Positions 49,288 through 62,347 of a stretch of 64,000 bases of DNA are shown piece after piece. A program made the translations under genes and the position numbers. The notes beneath the pieces were generated by a model. It worked only from the letters and a program-made list of their open reading frames with translations. It was not told the DNA's origin and ran no database searches. Position 1 is the stretch's first letter. Every line of letters begins with the position of its first letter. This stretch comes from Squalus acanthias (lineage: Eukaryota), in NCBI GenBank assembly GCA_030390025.1, contig CM059432.1, positions 51,028,001 to 51,092,000 on the forward strand, written 5' to 3'.

Positions 49288-52200
49288 AGTGAAGAACTAG
49301 GAGTTTGGTAAGTGTGGGAGTTTGGTGAAGTGGAGGAAGGAGGTGCTGCTTATCCTAACTTCTCCCGCAGAGCGGCGGCGGACCTGAACGGGACCAGACC
49401 GAGGCCCTAGAGCGGGGATAAAGCAGCAGCAGACCTGCATCAACAAGAGAAAACAGCAGTGTGACATCACAGGTAAGGCAGGTAAGTGATTGGTAGTGAC
49501 TGTGGGCTAAGTTTTAAGTTAACATATAATTAAATTTTGAAAACTGAACTTAATTTAATTAATTTAATAAACTAAACGAGGCCGTGTGGTGAAGGTACTC
49601 TCACAGTGCTGTTAGAGAGGGAGTTCCAGGATTTTGACGATGAAGGGAAGGCAATATACTTCCAAGTACTTTAATCTACATATAGACTGGCCAAACCAAA
49701 TTAGCAATAATACTGTGGAGGATGAATTGCTGGAGTATGTACGAGATGGTTTTTTAGACCAGTACATTGAGGAGCCAACTAGGGAACAGGCTATCCTAGA
49801 TTGGGTATTGTGCAATGAGAAGGGGTTAATTAATAATCTTGTTGTGCGGGGTCCTTTAGGGAAGAGTGACCATAACATGATAGAATTCTTCATTAAGATG
49901 GAAAGTGAAGAAGTCCAATCCGAAACTAGGGTCCTAAATCTAAACAAAGGAAACTACGAAGGTATGAGGAGTGAGTTGGCTATGATAGATTGCGGAACTT
50001 CATTAAAAGGCATGATGGTGGATAGGCAATGGCTAACATTTGAGGAACGAATGCATGAATTGCAACAGTTATACATTCCTTTCTGGCGCAAAAACACAAA
50101 AGGAAAAGCGGCCCAAAAAATGACTAACAAAAGAAATGAAGGATAGTATTAGATCCAAAGAGGAGTCATATAAAGTTGCCAGAAAAAGTAGCAAGCCTGA
50201 GGATTGGGAGCAGTTTAGAGTTCAGCAAAAAAGGACCAAGAGATTGATTAAGAGGGGAAAAATAGAGTGAGAGTAAACTTGCAAGGAACATAAAAGCAGA
50301 CTGTAAAAGCTTCTACAAGTATGTAAAAAGAAAAAGATTAGTGAAGACAAATGTAGATCCCTTACAGTCAGAAACAGGAGAATTTATAATGGGGAACAAG
50401 GAAATGGCTAGCAATCAAACAAATACTTTGGTTCTGTTTTCACGGAAGAGAACACAAACAACGTCCCGGAAATGCTAGGGAACCAAGGGTCTAGTGAGTA
50501 GGAGGAATTAAAGGAAATTAGTAATAGTAAAAAAATAGTGCTGGAGAAATTAATGGGACTGAAAGCTGATAAATCCCAGGGCCTGATAATCTGCATCCCA
50601 GAGTACTAAAAGATGTCGCCATGGAAATAGTGGATGCATTGGTTGTCATCTTCTAAAATTCTATAGATTATGGAACAGTTCCTGCAGATTGGAGGGTGGC
50701 AAATGTAACCCCACTATTTAAAAAAGGAGGGAGAGAGAAGACAGGGAACTACAGCCTGGTTAGCCTAACATCAGTAGTCGGGAAAATGCTAGAGTCTATT
50801 ATAAAGGATGTGATAACAGGACACTTAGAAAATATCAATGGGATTAGACAGAGTCAACATGGATTTATGAAAGGGAAGTCGTGTTTGACAAACCTACTGG
50901 AGTTTTTTGAGGATGTAACTGGTAGAATAGATAAGGGAGAACCAGTGGATGTGGTGTGTTTGGATTTTCAGAAGGCCTTTGATAAAGTTCCACATAAGAG
51001 GTTAGTGTGCAAAATTAAAGCACATGGGATTGGGGGTAATATACTGGCATGGATTGAAAATTGGTTAACAGACAGGAAACAGAGAGTAGGAATAAATGGG
51101 TCTTTTTTGGTGTGGCAGGCGGTGACTAGTGAGGTACCGCAGGGATCAGTGCTTGGGCCCCAGCTATTCACAATATATATCAATGATTTGAATGAGGAAA
51201 CCAAATGTAATATTTCCAAGTTTGTTGACAACACGAAACTAGGTGGGATTATGAGTTCTGAGGAGGATGGAAAGAGGCTTCAAGGCGATTTAGACAAGTT
51301 GAGTGAGTGGGCAAATACATGACAGATGCAGTATAACGTGGATAAATGTGAAGTTATCCACTTCGGTAGGATAAACAGAAAGGCAGAGTATTATTTAAAT
51401 GGTGATAGATTGGAAAATGTTGATGTACAAAGGGACCTGGGTGTCCTTGTATACCAGTCACTGAAACCACCATGCAGGTGCAGCAGGCAGTTAGAAAGGC
51501 AAATGGTATTGTAAGCGGTTTTGATCCAAGCCCAATTGCTAGACGGACGGTTCGAATCGCCCCCGCCTTACGAAAGTTCTATACCCGGGAATTATTATTC
51601 CGAGTGTAAATGGAATAAGTCACGGACAGGAATGCTTCGGTGAAAAATCATACTTATATTTATTTGGTCTAACATACACTGGCTAAAACATGCACTACTA
51701 AACAAAATCACTGTCTCTGTGGAGAATAAGATCCAGGTTACAAACAACATACATACAGAACACAACTGGGGACTGTAACATGCAGTAATTCCCTTGTTGC
51801 TATGGTGGACTCTAACTCCACCCCTACCAATGAATTACCCAGTCGCATAAGCCCCTTCGCCTGGCTGAACCAAATGAAGCTTCCACCCCGGAATAGCCCA
51901 AAAAAACTTCACTTCTGAGAAAAACCCTGAACCCTTACACCTCACCCAGCTCGCCTGAGATATTTGGTTACCGGCTTGGGACACTCGAGACCATGCTTAC
52001 CACCACACACAGTCGGTCTTGATCGCTCCGCTCAGCTGTGGGAAGTCACTGCCTGGAGGCCGTTCCCTGTGAGGTGTATGCGGTTCTCAGTCTCAGCGGC
52101 TTCTTCCTCTGATACATCTTCTTGTTAGGTCGATCTTGGTGGAGCGAGAGCGAGCGAGAGAGAGAATGGTGGAAAAGGATCTATCTTTATAGGAGTCTTG

Positions 52201-53398
52201 CTACCTCTATCTTTCCCGCCAATCTTTAAAATCCTTTTGTTTCTAAGCACTCTGGTGCTTAGTCAGTGATGGGCCATCATCAGACCCATGACTATTCCGT
52301 GATTGGACTAATGGCCCTAAGTCTGGGACATATCTCGGTCTTTGTGTTGGGAAAAACTGGCTCCTCTTCGGCTGGCGAGGCTAGTGGGTTCATTGTTCTG
52401 CTTCTCTTCTGAGATGGAGATGAGAAGTGCTTTTGCATATTAGAGTGGCTTTCTAATAGGTTCAAGTTAACGGGTGCCTCAGGGTCCTCAGCCCCTTCGT
52501 CAATGCCCCCCCCCCCCCTTCCTTTTTCCAGGACTGTCAGGCGAACCCATACATTCTGGATGACTGACAGTTCTTTTGTCACAGCCAACTGCCATGCGTT
52601 CTCTGGAGTTTTAACAAACCAGTTTTTCACGTATCTGCACAGGGCGATCCCATCACAGGGAATATACTCTCAGAAAAATCCCATAAAGTCCACAAAATAT
52701 TCTCGAATGAGTCCATTCTTCAAACAGAGACTTTGCGATCTTTTCAGTATGTTAGCCTTCATTGCAAGAGGATTTGAGTACAGGAGCAAGGATGCCTTAC
52801 TACAGTTATACAGGGCCTTGGTGAGACCACACCTGGAGTACTGTGTGCAGTTTTGGTCTCCTTACCTAAGAAAGGATATACTTGCCATAGAGGGAGTGCA
52901 GCGAAGGTTCACCAGACTGATTCCTGGGATGGCAGGACTGTCGTATGAGGAGAGATTGGGTCAACTAGGCCTGTATTCACTAGAGTTTAGAAGAATGAGA
53001 GGGGATCTCATTGAAACGTATAAAATTCTGACAGGGCTAGACAGACTGGATGCAGGGAGGATGTTTCCCCTGGCTTGGGGGTCTAGAACAAGGGGTCGCA
53101 GTCTCAGGATATGGGGTAGGACATTTAGGACTGAGAGGAGGAGAAATTTCTTCACTCAGAGGGTGGTGAACCTGTGGAATTCTCTACCACAGAAGGCTGT
53201 GGAGCACAAGTTACTGAATATATTTAAGAAGGAGATAGATAGATTTCTAGACACAAAAGGCATCAAGGGGTATGGGGAGAGAGGGGGAATATGGTATTAA
53301 GATAGAGGATCAGCCACGATCGTATTGAATGGTGGAGCAGGCTCGAAGGGCCGAATGGCCTACTCCTGCTCCTATTTTTCTACGTTTCTCTATGTTTC
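49288..53398 (+). mobile_element. CR1 LINE with probable 5' UTR and internal deletion, interrupted by an LTR
   Basis: GKSDHN, QHGFMKGKSC, CLDFQKAFDKV; frame resumes at 52747; 3' tail. Confidence 0.9.
51510..52746 (-). mobile_element. Long solo LTR (1237 bp), retroviral or Gypsy type
   Basis: TG..CA ends (minus strand TGAAAAGA...CTTACA); 4-bp TSD GTAT restoring CR1 NGMLAF; TATAAA at 52191-52186 and AATAAA at 51664-51659 on minus. Confidence 0.85.
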
Positions 53399-53620
53399 CA
53401 AAAATGTGCATGAAACAGCCCTGCAGAGATTCTATCAGTGCTTTTTAAAGGGACACACACATCTTTCAGGTGAGTTTGGATTTCAGCTTTTGGAGTTTTA
53501 AAAATATTTTATTGAAGTAGTAGCATGGTGCAATACATTTAAAAAGTTGTTAAAGTGTGCAGGGAGTGCTGCTGGATGCTTGCAAGCCTTTGGATGGTAA
53601 AGGAAGGCCTGTGAGAAGAC

Positions 53621-53767
53621 AGAAAATGCTAGAAATGCTCAGCAAGTCAGGCAGCATCCGTGGAGAGAGAAACAGAGTTAACGTTTCAGATCGAGATGCT
53701 GCCTGACTAGCTGTGTATTTCCAACATTTCTGCTTTTATTTCAGATTTCCAGCATCCGCAGTATTTT
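53621..53767. mobile_element. Penelope-type hairpin (family 2)
   Basis: TSD GCCT(G/C)TGAGAAG(A/C)C; same site as the 42228 insertion; empty in copy 1 (~25097). Confidence 0.7.
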
Positions 53768-54717
53768 GCCTCTGAGAAGCCCACTTGCTCACAGTCCTGG
53801 GAGCCACGTGGAGATGAAGCAGAGGCAGCAAAGGGGACAAGCTGCTTGCAGAGGGAAGAGGAAGAAGCAGAAGAGGAAGACGCAGAAGAGGAGGAATCGA
53901 AAGTAAGGATGCAACCTAGACAGCCCCTTTCTGGCTGGGATATCGGGGATGGAATCATCTGCCGGGGTACCAGTGACCACAACCCCAATTTCCCTTTCAA
54001 CCTTAGTCCCACACCTTCCCTTCCCTCTGTTACTGACCATCACAGACTCCTCTTGGCCACAATTCTGAAATGAAAGTCACCACAAAGCAAACTTTCCAAT
54101 CCAACTTTACCCATTATATGCATCCAATATGACATCAAGAAATCAACTAATCACCAATGTTCCCTGTTTTTTTGGGGGGTACGCGGCCTCTTTAAGGGGC
54201 TGCATGGCCCATTCACAGATTCGCGCATGCGTGAACTTTAACATTGTAAAAGCCGGTCCCAGGCTGCACGGGACCGGCAGAGAGCAGCCGTGTAGCTTAT
54301 AGAGAATGTTGCTAATCACCCTTGTGCAGTCCCTTTGTGACTGTCTTGTGTGTGCTTTTGCCTATCCTACTGATGTCATGTAGTGCTACCCCAGTGGCTG
54401 CAACATGGCTGGGTGGAAGGCTGCTGACTTTCAGTGGGGAACACTGCAAATGTTCTTGCTGGATGACCTTGAGGAGCTGGTGGCTGCGAGTGTCAAATTG
54501 AGTGATGGTGTTTCTTCTTCTTCTTCACTCTCTTCTCCCTCTTCTTGGTCAACCACTGGCGGGGCAGGCTGGATTTCTTGGGTTTCTGAAATGAGGAAGG
54601 CACAAGGGTAGGGTTATGGTGAGGGGAGGGGGGTGGGAAAGCAAAAGCTGCATGCTTACACCATGTGCAGCTTGTACATCAGAAGTGATTGTGGGATGAG
54701 GGGGAAGTGGGATGTGA

Positions 54718-55200
54718 GAATCATAGAATCATAGAATTATTACAGCACAGAAGGAGGCCATTTGGTCCGTCGGGCCTATGCCGGCTCTCTGCAAGAGCAC
54801 TTCAGCTAGTCCCACTCCCCCGCCCTTTCCCCGTAGCCCTGAAAATTATTTTCTTCAGGTACTTATCCAATTCCCTTTTGAAAGCCACGATTGAGTCTGC
54901 CTCCACCAACCTTTCAGGCAGTGCATTCCAGATCCGAACTACTCGCTGGGTAAAAAAGTTTTTCCTCTTGCCATCTTTGGTTCTTTGCCAGTCACCTTGA
55001 ATCTGTGTCCTCTGGTTCTCGACCCTTCCGCCAATGGGAACAGTTTCTCTCTACCTACACTGTCCTGACCCCTCATGATTTTGAATACCTCTATTAAATC
55101 TCCTTTCAACCTTCTCTGCTCTAAGGAGAACAACCCCAGCCTCTCTAGTCTATCCACATAACTGAAGTCCCTCATCCCTGGAATCATTCTCGTAAATCAT
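54718..55200 (-). mobile_element. CR1 3' fragment
   Basis: MIPGMRDFSYVDRLERLGLFSL; (ATCATAGA)n tail. Confidence 0.9.
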
Positions 55201-56148
55201 GAGGTGCATGCCAGAAGGAGGATAACATATGAGGATATCGGCATCTTGTATCCTTTCAGCCCCGCCGCTGGCCAAGGGCTCAGTCATGCCCCTGCCAAGA
55301 ATGGCCAGCACCGTCTCCTCCAAGGGGGTGAGGTGAGGCTAGGAGATGTGCCTCGTGATTGGTACAGATTGTTGATAGGTGAGTGATTAAGGGGGGTGGT
55401 CGTGCATTGAGCAGTTTGTGAGGCTGGTGGTGCAGTTGATAGGTGACGGCTTTTGAAGATGCATTCACTGACCTTGACCAGTGGTTTGAGGTCATGAAGC
55501 TTCTTTGGGCACTGGAGCTAGGTGGTGGGGGCGACACTGCTGGCAGTGACGTCCTCGGTGATGTACTCCCACATCATTCTTCTGGAGGGCCTCCTGGCCC
55601 CTGTGGGTAGAGGGCCTGTCTTGCAGTGTTGACACCCTGCACAAAGCTTGGTTGCTGCGTGCGAGACCCTGGGTGCCCCTTCCCTGAGCCATTTGTGTTA
55701 ATGCTGAGGCAGTTTTCCCATTTTTGAGGTTAGGAAGGGAATTCAGTTTTAAGAGCTGAATGTTCACATTTGGGACTTCTTTTTAATGTTAAGTATTTTT
55801 TTAAAAGGCTGAAAGGTCTGAAAACTACATTGCTTCACTGGATTTTAATTTATATTACTTCAGTGTGCATGGTCCCTTTAATTCACAGGCCTTTTCATTG
55901 CCCACAGTTCCTTGCGAGCTCCGCAGCCTCGCTTCCAGAGGTTGTGCGAAGCTCGGACGCTGCACCTGGACAGGAACTTCGGGTTGGATGCCTCCAGCAA
56001 TGCCACCAGGACAGCGTTGCATGGAAGGTAAGCGCTGCACCAACTTTTTCCAGCCCCCCAGATGAATTTTGCCCCGTTAGCGTTGCGGCCATTTTCAGCA
56101 GCCGTTAACTCACCGGCAACTTTACTGGCTAACACGAATTTCTCCCCC

Positions 56149-56726
56149 ATAGAGTGCAAAAGGCTCGAAGTTATGCTAAACCTATATAAAACACTAGTTC
56201 GGCCCCAGCTGGAGTATTATGTCCAATTCTGGGCACCACACTTTAGAAAGAACGTGAAGGCTTTGGAGAGGGTACAGAAGAGATTTACTAGAATGGTTCC
56301 AGGAATGAGGGATTACAGTTACGTGGAAAGACTAGAGAAGTTGGGTTTTTCTCCTTGGAGCAGAGAAGACTAAGAGGAGAGCTGATAGAGGTGTTTAAAT
56401 TCATGAAGGGTTTAGATAGGGTAAATAAGGAGAAACTGTTTCCAGTGGCTGAAGGGTCGATAATGAGAGGGCACAGATTTAAGGTGATTGGCAAAAGAAC
56501 CAGAGGCGACATTACACAACGAGTGGTTAGGATTTGGAATGCACTACCTGATAGGTGGTGAATACAGTTTCAATAGTCGCCTTCAAAAAGGAATTGGATA
56601 AATACTTGAAGGAGAAAAAATTGCAGGGAAATGGGGAAAAAAATGGGAGTGGGACTAACTGGATTGCTTTTCGAAAGTGCAGACTCGATAGGCTGAATGT
56701 CCTCCTTCTGCGCTGTACTATTCTAT
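56149..56726 (+). mobile_element. CR1 3' part (upstream piece at ~44788-44878; tail resumes 62337-62347)
   Basis: LYKTLVRPQLEY..QFWAPH; tail ATTCTAT split by Harbinger insertions. Confidence 0.88.
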
Positions 56727-59700
56727 GGCCTAGAAATTTGATAAGGCTCAACAGCGGGTGGGGACGCCGGCCAGCGCTATTTACCTGCACTTCTTCTAAG
56801 TGGTACAGGCAGCACTCAAAATTCGTGCTGCCTGCCCATTAGCATGCTGGGAGCGCTGACCTCTGTGCTAAACGCGCTGCTGATTGGTTTTGCGTTCAAC
56901 GGGGGTGGGGGGCCAATATCGGGTGCAGTCTAATTGCCAATAAAGTTTGGCCTAGGCTCTCTCCACTACTTAAAGGGGAGGTGCTTTGATGCAGCAGCAC
57001 TTCATTGTCAGATGAGAAGACAATGGCCCAACAGCCAAGAGGGAGAGCCAGATGATTTTGCGATGCTGCACTGGAGGCTTTGGTCCTGGGGGTCCAACGA
57101 AGGTGGGCTTTCCTTTAGCCACAGGGAGGCAAGAGGCCATCCAAACTCATCACCAGAAGGATTTGGGAAGAGATTGCACAATCCGTCACGGCCACCAGTG
57201 TTGTCTCAAGGACATGGATCCAGTGCCACAAAACGTTTAATGGCCTCACACAGTTGGTCAAGGTGAGTGAAGGCTTCAGCAAATACCATATCCCACCATC
57301 TGCAGCACAAGCTTCACAGACTGCTCAATGCACCACACCCCTATCAATCACCTGCCAACAATCTCTACCTATGACCACTCATATCTCATAATCATGGCTT
57401 CACTTCACCCTCACACATTTACCACTGCTGCAAGACTCACACCCACATCTCACACCTTGTACCTACTGCCAGCTATTCAACCATGGCAGGCACATCACCC
57501 AAATACATTGCACCACACTCACTGATACACTTCCCTTTCTCTTGCAGGCCAAGGTGGCACACAACAGCTGTGAGCAACAACAGACTGGAGGCGGCCAAGC
57601 CAGGATTGCGACCCTGACCAACCTCGAGGAATCTGTCTTTGAAATTATTGGAGGAGCAGTAACAGAGTCCATAGCCAGTGGAGAAGTTGAAAGCATTGCT
57701 GATGATGACGGTATGGTCATACCTAATCCTTCTTCTCACATCCCACTTCCCCCTCATCCCACAATCTCTTCTCACTTACAAGGTCCTGATGGTGTATGCA
57801 TGGACATCTTGCTTTCACCCCCTCCCTTCACCACAACCTGACACTTGTGCCTTTCTGCTTTTGGATACCTAAGAAGTGCCACCAGCACAGCCTGTTGCTC
57901 ATCATGTTCAGCAAACTGACGGAGGAGCTGAAGAAGAAGAGACATAGGCGCTGCATTTGACAATTGCAGACACCAGCTCAGAAAATGGCATTGCAGGGAC
58001 TTTAGAGAGTAGTATAGAGGCGAGATCTGTTTGTGGTGAGTCACTGGGCACGAGTGGGCTGCAGCCAGGCCAGGGGGAAAGGACAGCTCGGATGCCAGCT
58101 CCCCGGAGGGTGAAATCATGCATGGATTCTGCTGCACAGGACTCAGATGATGACCTCGATGGGCGGCATTCAGAAGAAGGGTGATGGGCATGCACACGGA
58201 AATGCTAGGTGCAATGGCAAACCTGCCAGAGAGCCTCTTGTCAGTGTCAAGGAGCATGGAAGAGTCAGCTGCAACATTGCACGGGCTTTGTGCAGAGCTT
58301 GGAGCCCATGATTTCCAGGATGGAGATGATGGACAACTCCATGAGAGACCTGTGGACCCACGGATGATGCTGGGTGTGATGGGCAATCTTGCAGCTTCCA
58401 TTGCAGCACAGGCGAAAGCGACCCAACATCTCACTGCTGCAGTGGAAGCTCAGACTGCTGCCATCGTGGCTCGATTTACGAGTCTCAAAAGGGGCTTGCA
58501 GGGTGTCGTAGCTGACCAGTCCTCCAACAGATTACTAGGATTGCTGAGGCGCCGCCCTGGGGGAGTGGCAGTGGGTCTGTGGAGCAAGAACCTGCTGTCC
58601 TCTCTTAGGATGACAGCATTTCTACTCCCACCACTGCCACTCTGCCAATGCTCTTGCTGCTGCCTATCAGCCAACCAGCCCTGACTGCCGCTGCCCATGC
58701 TGAGGTGGTGCAATCTACAGCCGTGTCTTCTAGGTCCACAGCTGTTCGAGGTTGTCCTGCAAGGCCATCTGTATGAATTTTGTTTGGAATGTGTGTTTTG
58801 TGGTGGCTCTCATTTCATCTTTGTGCCCAGGAGGACATTGTGATGTTCTGTGACAGAGGGATGGTATGATGGGATAAGTGGTGAGCAATGGGGATCTGAG
58901 CACTGCGATGGTCTGCTCGATGATGTTCCTGGTGGCAACACGGCTGTCATTATATGACTGCTGGCCACGAGTGGTGACATTGCGAAGGGTAGTCATCAGC
59001 CTGGTGTAGAGCAAATAACCCTTGTCTCCGAGCAGCCACCCTCGGGTTTGACGCGGTGGCTGGAAGATTGTTGGAACACTGGACTGGCGCAGAATGAAGG
59101 GATCAAGACTGCTGCCAGGATACCGGGCATTCACCATCATGATGCGCTCGGCGTGGTCGCATAACAACTGTACATTAAGTGAATGGTAGCCTTTGCGGTT
59201 ATGGAACATCTCAGCATGGTTACACGGTGCCTGCAAAGCCACGTGTGTGCAGTCAGTGGTGCCCTGCACCATGGGAAGCCCGCTATCCTGGCAAAACCAA
59301 ATGCGTGCTTGTCCTTCTTCTCTATGTTCAGAGGGATGACATTGAAGTCCCTTCTCCTGGAGTAGAGAGCCTCTGTGAACTCCCGGATGCAGCGATGGAC
59401 GGTGAACTGGGAGATGTTAGCTATGTTGCCTGCTCCAGACTGGAAAGATCCGGCAGTGAAAAAATTGAGGGCCACGGTGACCTTGAGGACCACTGGGAGA
59501 GCCGATGTCACCCTGCTTTGCAGCTGCGGGTCTGGTTGCAGGAAGTGGCAAAGTTCTGTGACCACCTCCTTGGTGAAGCGGAACCTCCTAATAGACTGCT
59601 TCTGGCTTAGGTGGAGGTAAGAGAAGTGCTCTTGGAAGAGCCTAGGTGGTGAATGCCTCTGGCTGAGAGCCCACCTAGTCCTTGTCCTCCTCCCTCTGCG

Positions 59701-59757
59701 AGCATCTTGCCATCTTCTTCGCTGCTTCCACTCCATCTCCCTATGATACTCGAGCAT

Positions 59758-61812
59758 ATAGAAGATAGGAGCAGGAGTAGGCCATTCGGCCCCTCGAGCC
59801 TGCTCCGCCATTCGATGAGATCATGGCTGATCATCCAAACTCAGTACCCTGTACCTGCCTTCTCCCCATATCCCTTGATACCTTTAGCTTTAAGAAATAT
59901 ATCTAACTCATTCTTGAATATATTTAATGACTTGGCCTCAACAACCTTCTGTGGTAGAGAATTCCACAGGTTCACCACTCTCTGGGTGAAGAAATTCTTC
60001 CTCATTTCTGTCCTAAATGGCTTACCCGTTATCCTTAGATTATGACCCCTGGTTCTGGACTCTCCGACCATCGGGAACATTCTTCCTGCATCTAGTTTGT
60101 CCAGACCTGCCAGAATTTTATATGTTTCGATGAGATCCCCTCTCATTCTTCTATACTCCAGCGAGTATAAGCCCAATCGACCCAATCTCTCCTCATATGT
60201 CATTCCTGCCATCCCAGGTATCAGCCTTGTGAATCTTCGCTGAACTCCTTCCATGGCAAGAACATCCTTCCTCAGATAAGGTGACCAAAACTGCACACAG
60301 TACTCAAGGTGTGGTCTCACCAAGGCCCTGTACAACTGCAGCAGGACATCCCTGTTCCTATACTCAAACCCTTTCACTATGAAGGCCAACATACCATTTG
60401 CCTTCTTCACCGCCTGCTGCACCTGCATGGTTACCTTCAGCGACTGGTGCACAAGGACACCCAGGTCTCGTTGCACTTCCCCTTTTCCCAATCTATTGCC
60501 ATTCAGATAATAGTCTGCCTTTCTGTTTTTGACACCAAAGTGGATAACCTCGCATTTATCCACATTATATTGCATCTGCCACGCTTCTGCCCACTCACCC
60601 AACCTGTCCAAATCATCCTGGAGTTTCTCAGTATCCTCCTCGCAGCACACACACCCACCCAGCTTTGTGTCATCTGCAAACTTGGAGATATTACATTTAG
60701 TTCCCTTATCTAGATCATTAATGTATATTGTGAATAGCTGGGGTCCAAGGACCGCACCCTGCGGTACCCCACTAGTCACTGCCTGCCACTCGGAAAAAGA
60801 CCCATTAATTCCTACTCTCTGCTTTCTGTCCGCCAACCAGTTCTCTATCCAAGTCAATGCCTTGCCCCCAATCCCATGTGCCTTAACTTTACACGCTAAT
60901 CTCTTATGCGGGACCTTATCGAAAGCCTTTTGAAAGTCCAAATACACCACATCTACTGGTTCTCCCTTATCTATTTTCCCAGTTACATCCTCAAAAAATT
61001 CCAGTAGATTAGTCAAGCACGATTTACCTTTTGTAAATCCATGTTGACTTTGTCCGATCCTGTCACTGTTTTTCAAGTGCTCAGCTATTACATCCTTTAT
61101 AATGGACTCTAGCATTTTCCCCACTACCGATGTCAGGCTTACCGGTCTGTAATTCCCTGCTTTCTCTCTACCACCCTTTTTGAATAGTGGGGTAACATTA
61201 GCTACCCTCCAATCCATGGGTACAGTTCCAGATTCCATCGAATATTGGAAGATGATCAGCAATGCATCTACTATTTCTAGGGGCACTTCCTTAAGTACCC
61301 TAGGATGTAGATTATCAGGCCCTGGGGATTTGTCAGCCTTCAATCCCATCAATTTCCCTAACACCATTTCCCTGCAAATACTGATTTCTTTCAGTTCCTC
61401 CCTTTCATCAGACTCTATGTTCTCCAACATCTCTGGGAGGTTATTTGTGTCCTCCTTTGTGAAGACAGAACCAAAATATGCATTTAATTGGTCTGCCATT
61501 TCTTTGTTCCCCATTATAACTTCCCTCGCTTTGACTGCAAGGGACCTACACTTGATTTCACTAATCTTTTTCTCTTCACATATCTATAAAAGCTCTTACA
61601 GTCAGTTTTTATGTTCCCTGAAAGCTTACTTTCATATTCTATTTTCCCCTTCTTAATTAATCCCTTTGTTGAATCCTAAACTGCTCCCAATCCTCAGGGT
61701 TACCGCTTTTTCTGGCCAATTTATATGCCTCTCCTTGGATCTTATGCTATCCCTAATTTCCCTTGTTAGCCACGGTTGAGTCACCCTTTTTGTTTTAGTC
61801 TTATGCCACACT
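59758..61812 (-). mobile_element. Young CR1, 5'-truncated
   Basis: TSD GAGCAT (59752-59757 / 61813-61818). Confidence 0.95.
59841..61514 (-). CDS. CR1 ORF2 C-terminal part (intact RT domain, 557 aa; no endonuclease)
   Basis: Open frame with all RT motifs including FADD; probably not an expressed host gene. Confidence 0.6.
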   Translation of the reverse strand: MGNKEMADQLNAYFGSVFTKEDTNNLPEMLENIESDEREELKEISICREMVLGKLMGLKADKSPGPDNLHPRVLKEVPLEIVDALLIIFQYSMESGTVPMDWRVANVTPLFKKGGREKAGNYRPVSLTSVVGKMLESIIKDVIAEHLKNSDRIGQSQHGFTKGKSCLTNLLEFFEDVTGKIDKGEPVDVVYLDFQKAFDKVPHKRLACKVKAHGIGGKALTWIENWLADRKQRVGINGSFSEWQAVTSGVPQGAVLGPQLFTIYINDLDKGTKCNISKFADDTKLGGCVCCEEDTEKLQDDLDRLGEWAEAWQMQYNVDKCEVIHFGVKNRKADYYLNGNRLGKGEVQRDLGVLVHQSLKVTMQVQQAVKKANGMLAFIVKGFEYRNRDVLLQLYRALVRPHLEYCVQFWSPYLRKDVLAMEGVQRRFTRLIPGMAGMTYEERLGRLGLYSLEYRRMRGDLIETYKILAGLDKLDAGRMFPMVGESRTRGHNLRITGKPFRTEMRKNFFTQRVVNLWNSLPQKVVEAKSLNIFKNELDIFLKAKGIKGYGEKAGTGY

Positions 61813-62347
61813 GAGCATGAAGGAGACTGCAAGTAGAGCCCCCATGACTGTGAGCAGAAGCCTTTAAATGAGAACCAAAGCATTCTGCACTTGCAGCAAA
61901 ACTCCCTGTGACCTCAGCAACTTTAAACAAGTTTAGAAAGCTCCAAAAGCTGCAGAAACTTAGACAGAGCCAAGAGAACTGAAAAGGTATGTCAGCTGCA
62001 AGTTGTTCATGATGATCCCTTTAAATAGCGCTGCTGTTGGCTCCTTCCTGCTGCTGAATGCTTGCTCAGCTGGTCGTGATTAGGAGAGGGTGGTAAGTGG
62101 AGCGGCGACATCCAAAATGGCAGATCATGCGCCAAATCAGCATTGCACACTGATTGACGTCATGATCTGCCTCATTTTCATTTCTGCAGCGAGCGCATGA
62201 AACAGCAGCTCTGCCGACCTGCCCAAAATGGCGGCCGCTGCAGGACCTGGCGGAAGTGAGTGGAAACGAGTTGGCCGTGATATTTTCTTCAAAATGGGCC
62301 TTAATGGCTGGTGCTAAACCTCCGAATTTCTAGGCCTATGATTCTAT

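Larger units (their letters stand above)
44879..56148. mobile_element. Non-autonomous Harbinger 'family X' copy 3, hosting nested Harbinger, CR1s, LTR and hairpin
   Basis: Ends GGCCTAGAGATT / AATTTCTCCCCC; own segments 44879-45080, 49232-49287, 53399-54717, 55200-56148; flanked by CR1 sequence on both sides. Confidence 0.7.
56727..62336. mobile_element. Degenerate Harbinger with perfect 12-bp TIRs
   Basis: GGCCTAGAAATT / AATTTCTAGGCC; TSD TAT; Myb gene + from 57022; transposase - (61845 to ~58900) split by CR1. Confidence 0.9.

Noticed and set aside
52292..52630. 112-aa ORF in the LTR U3 as a viral accessory gene
   Set aside because: No recognisable motif, crosses a homopolymer run, length compatible with chance
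52503..53300. 265-aa LTR-CR1 fusion ORF
   Set aside because: Fortuitous read-through from antisense LTR into the CR1 C-terminus
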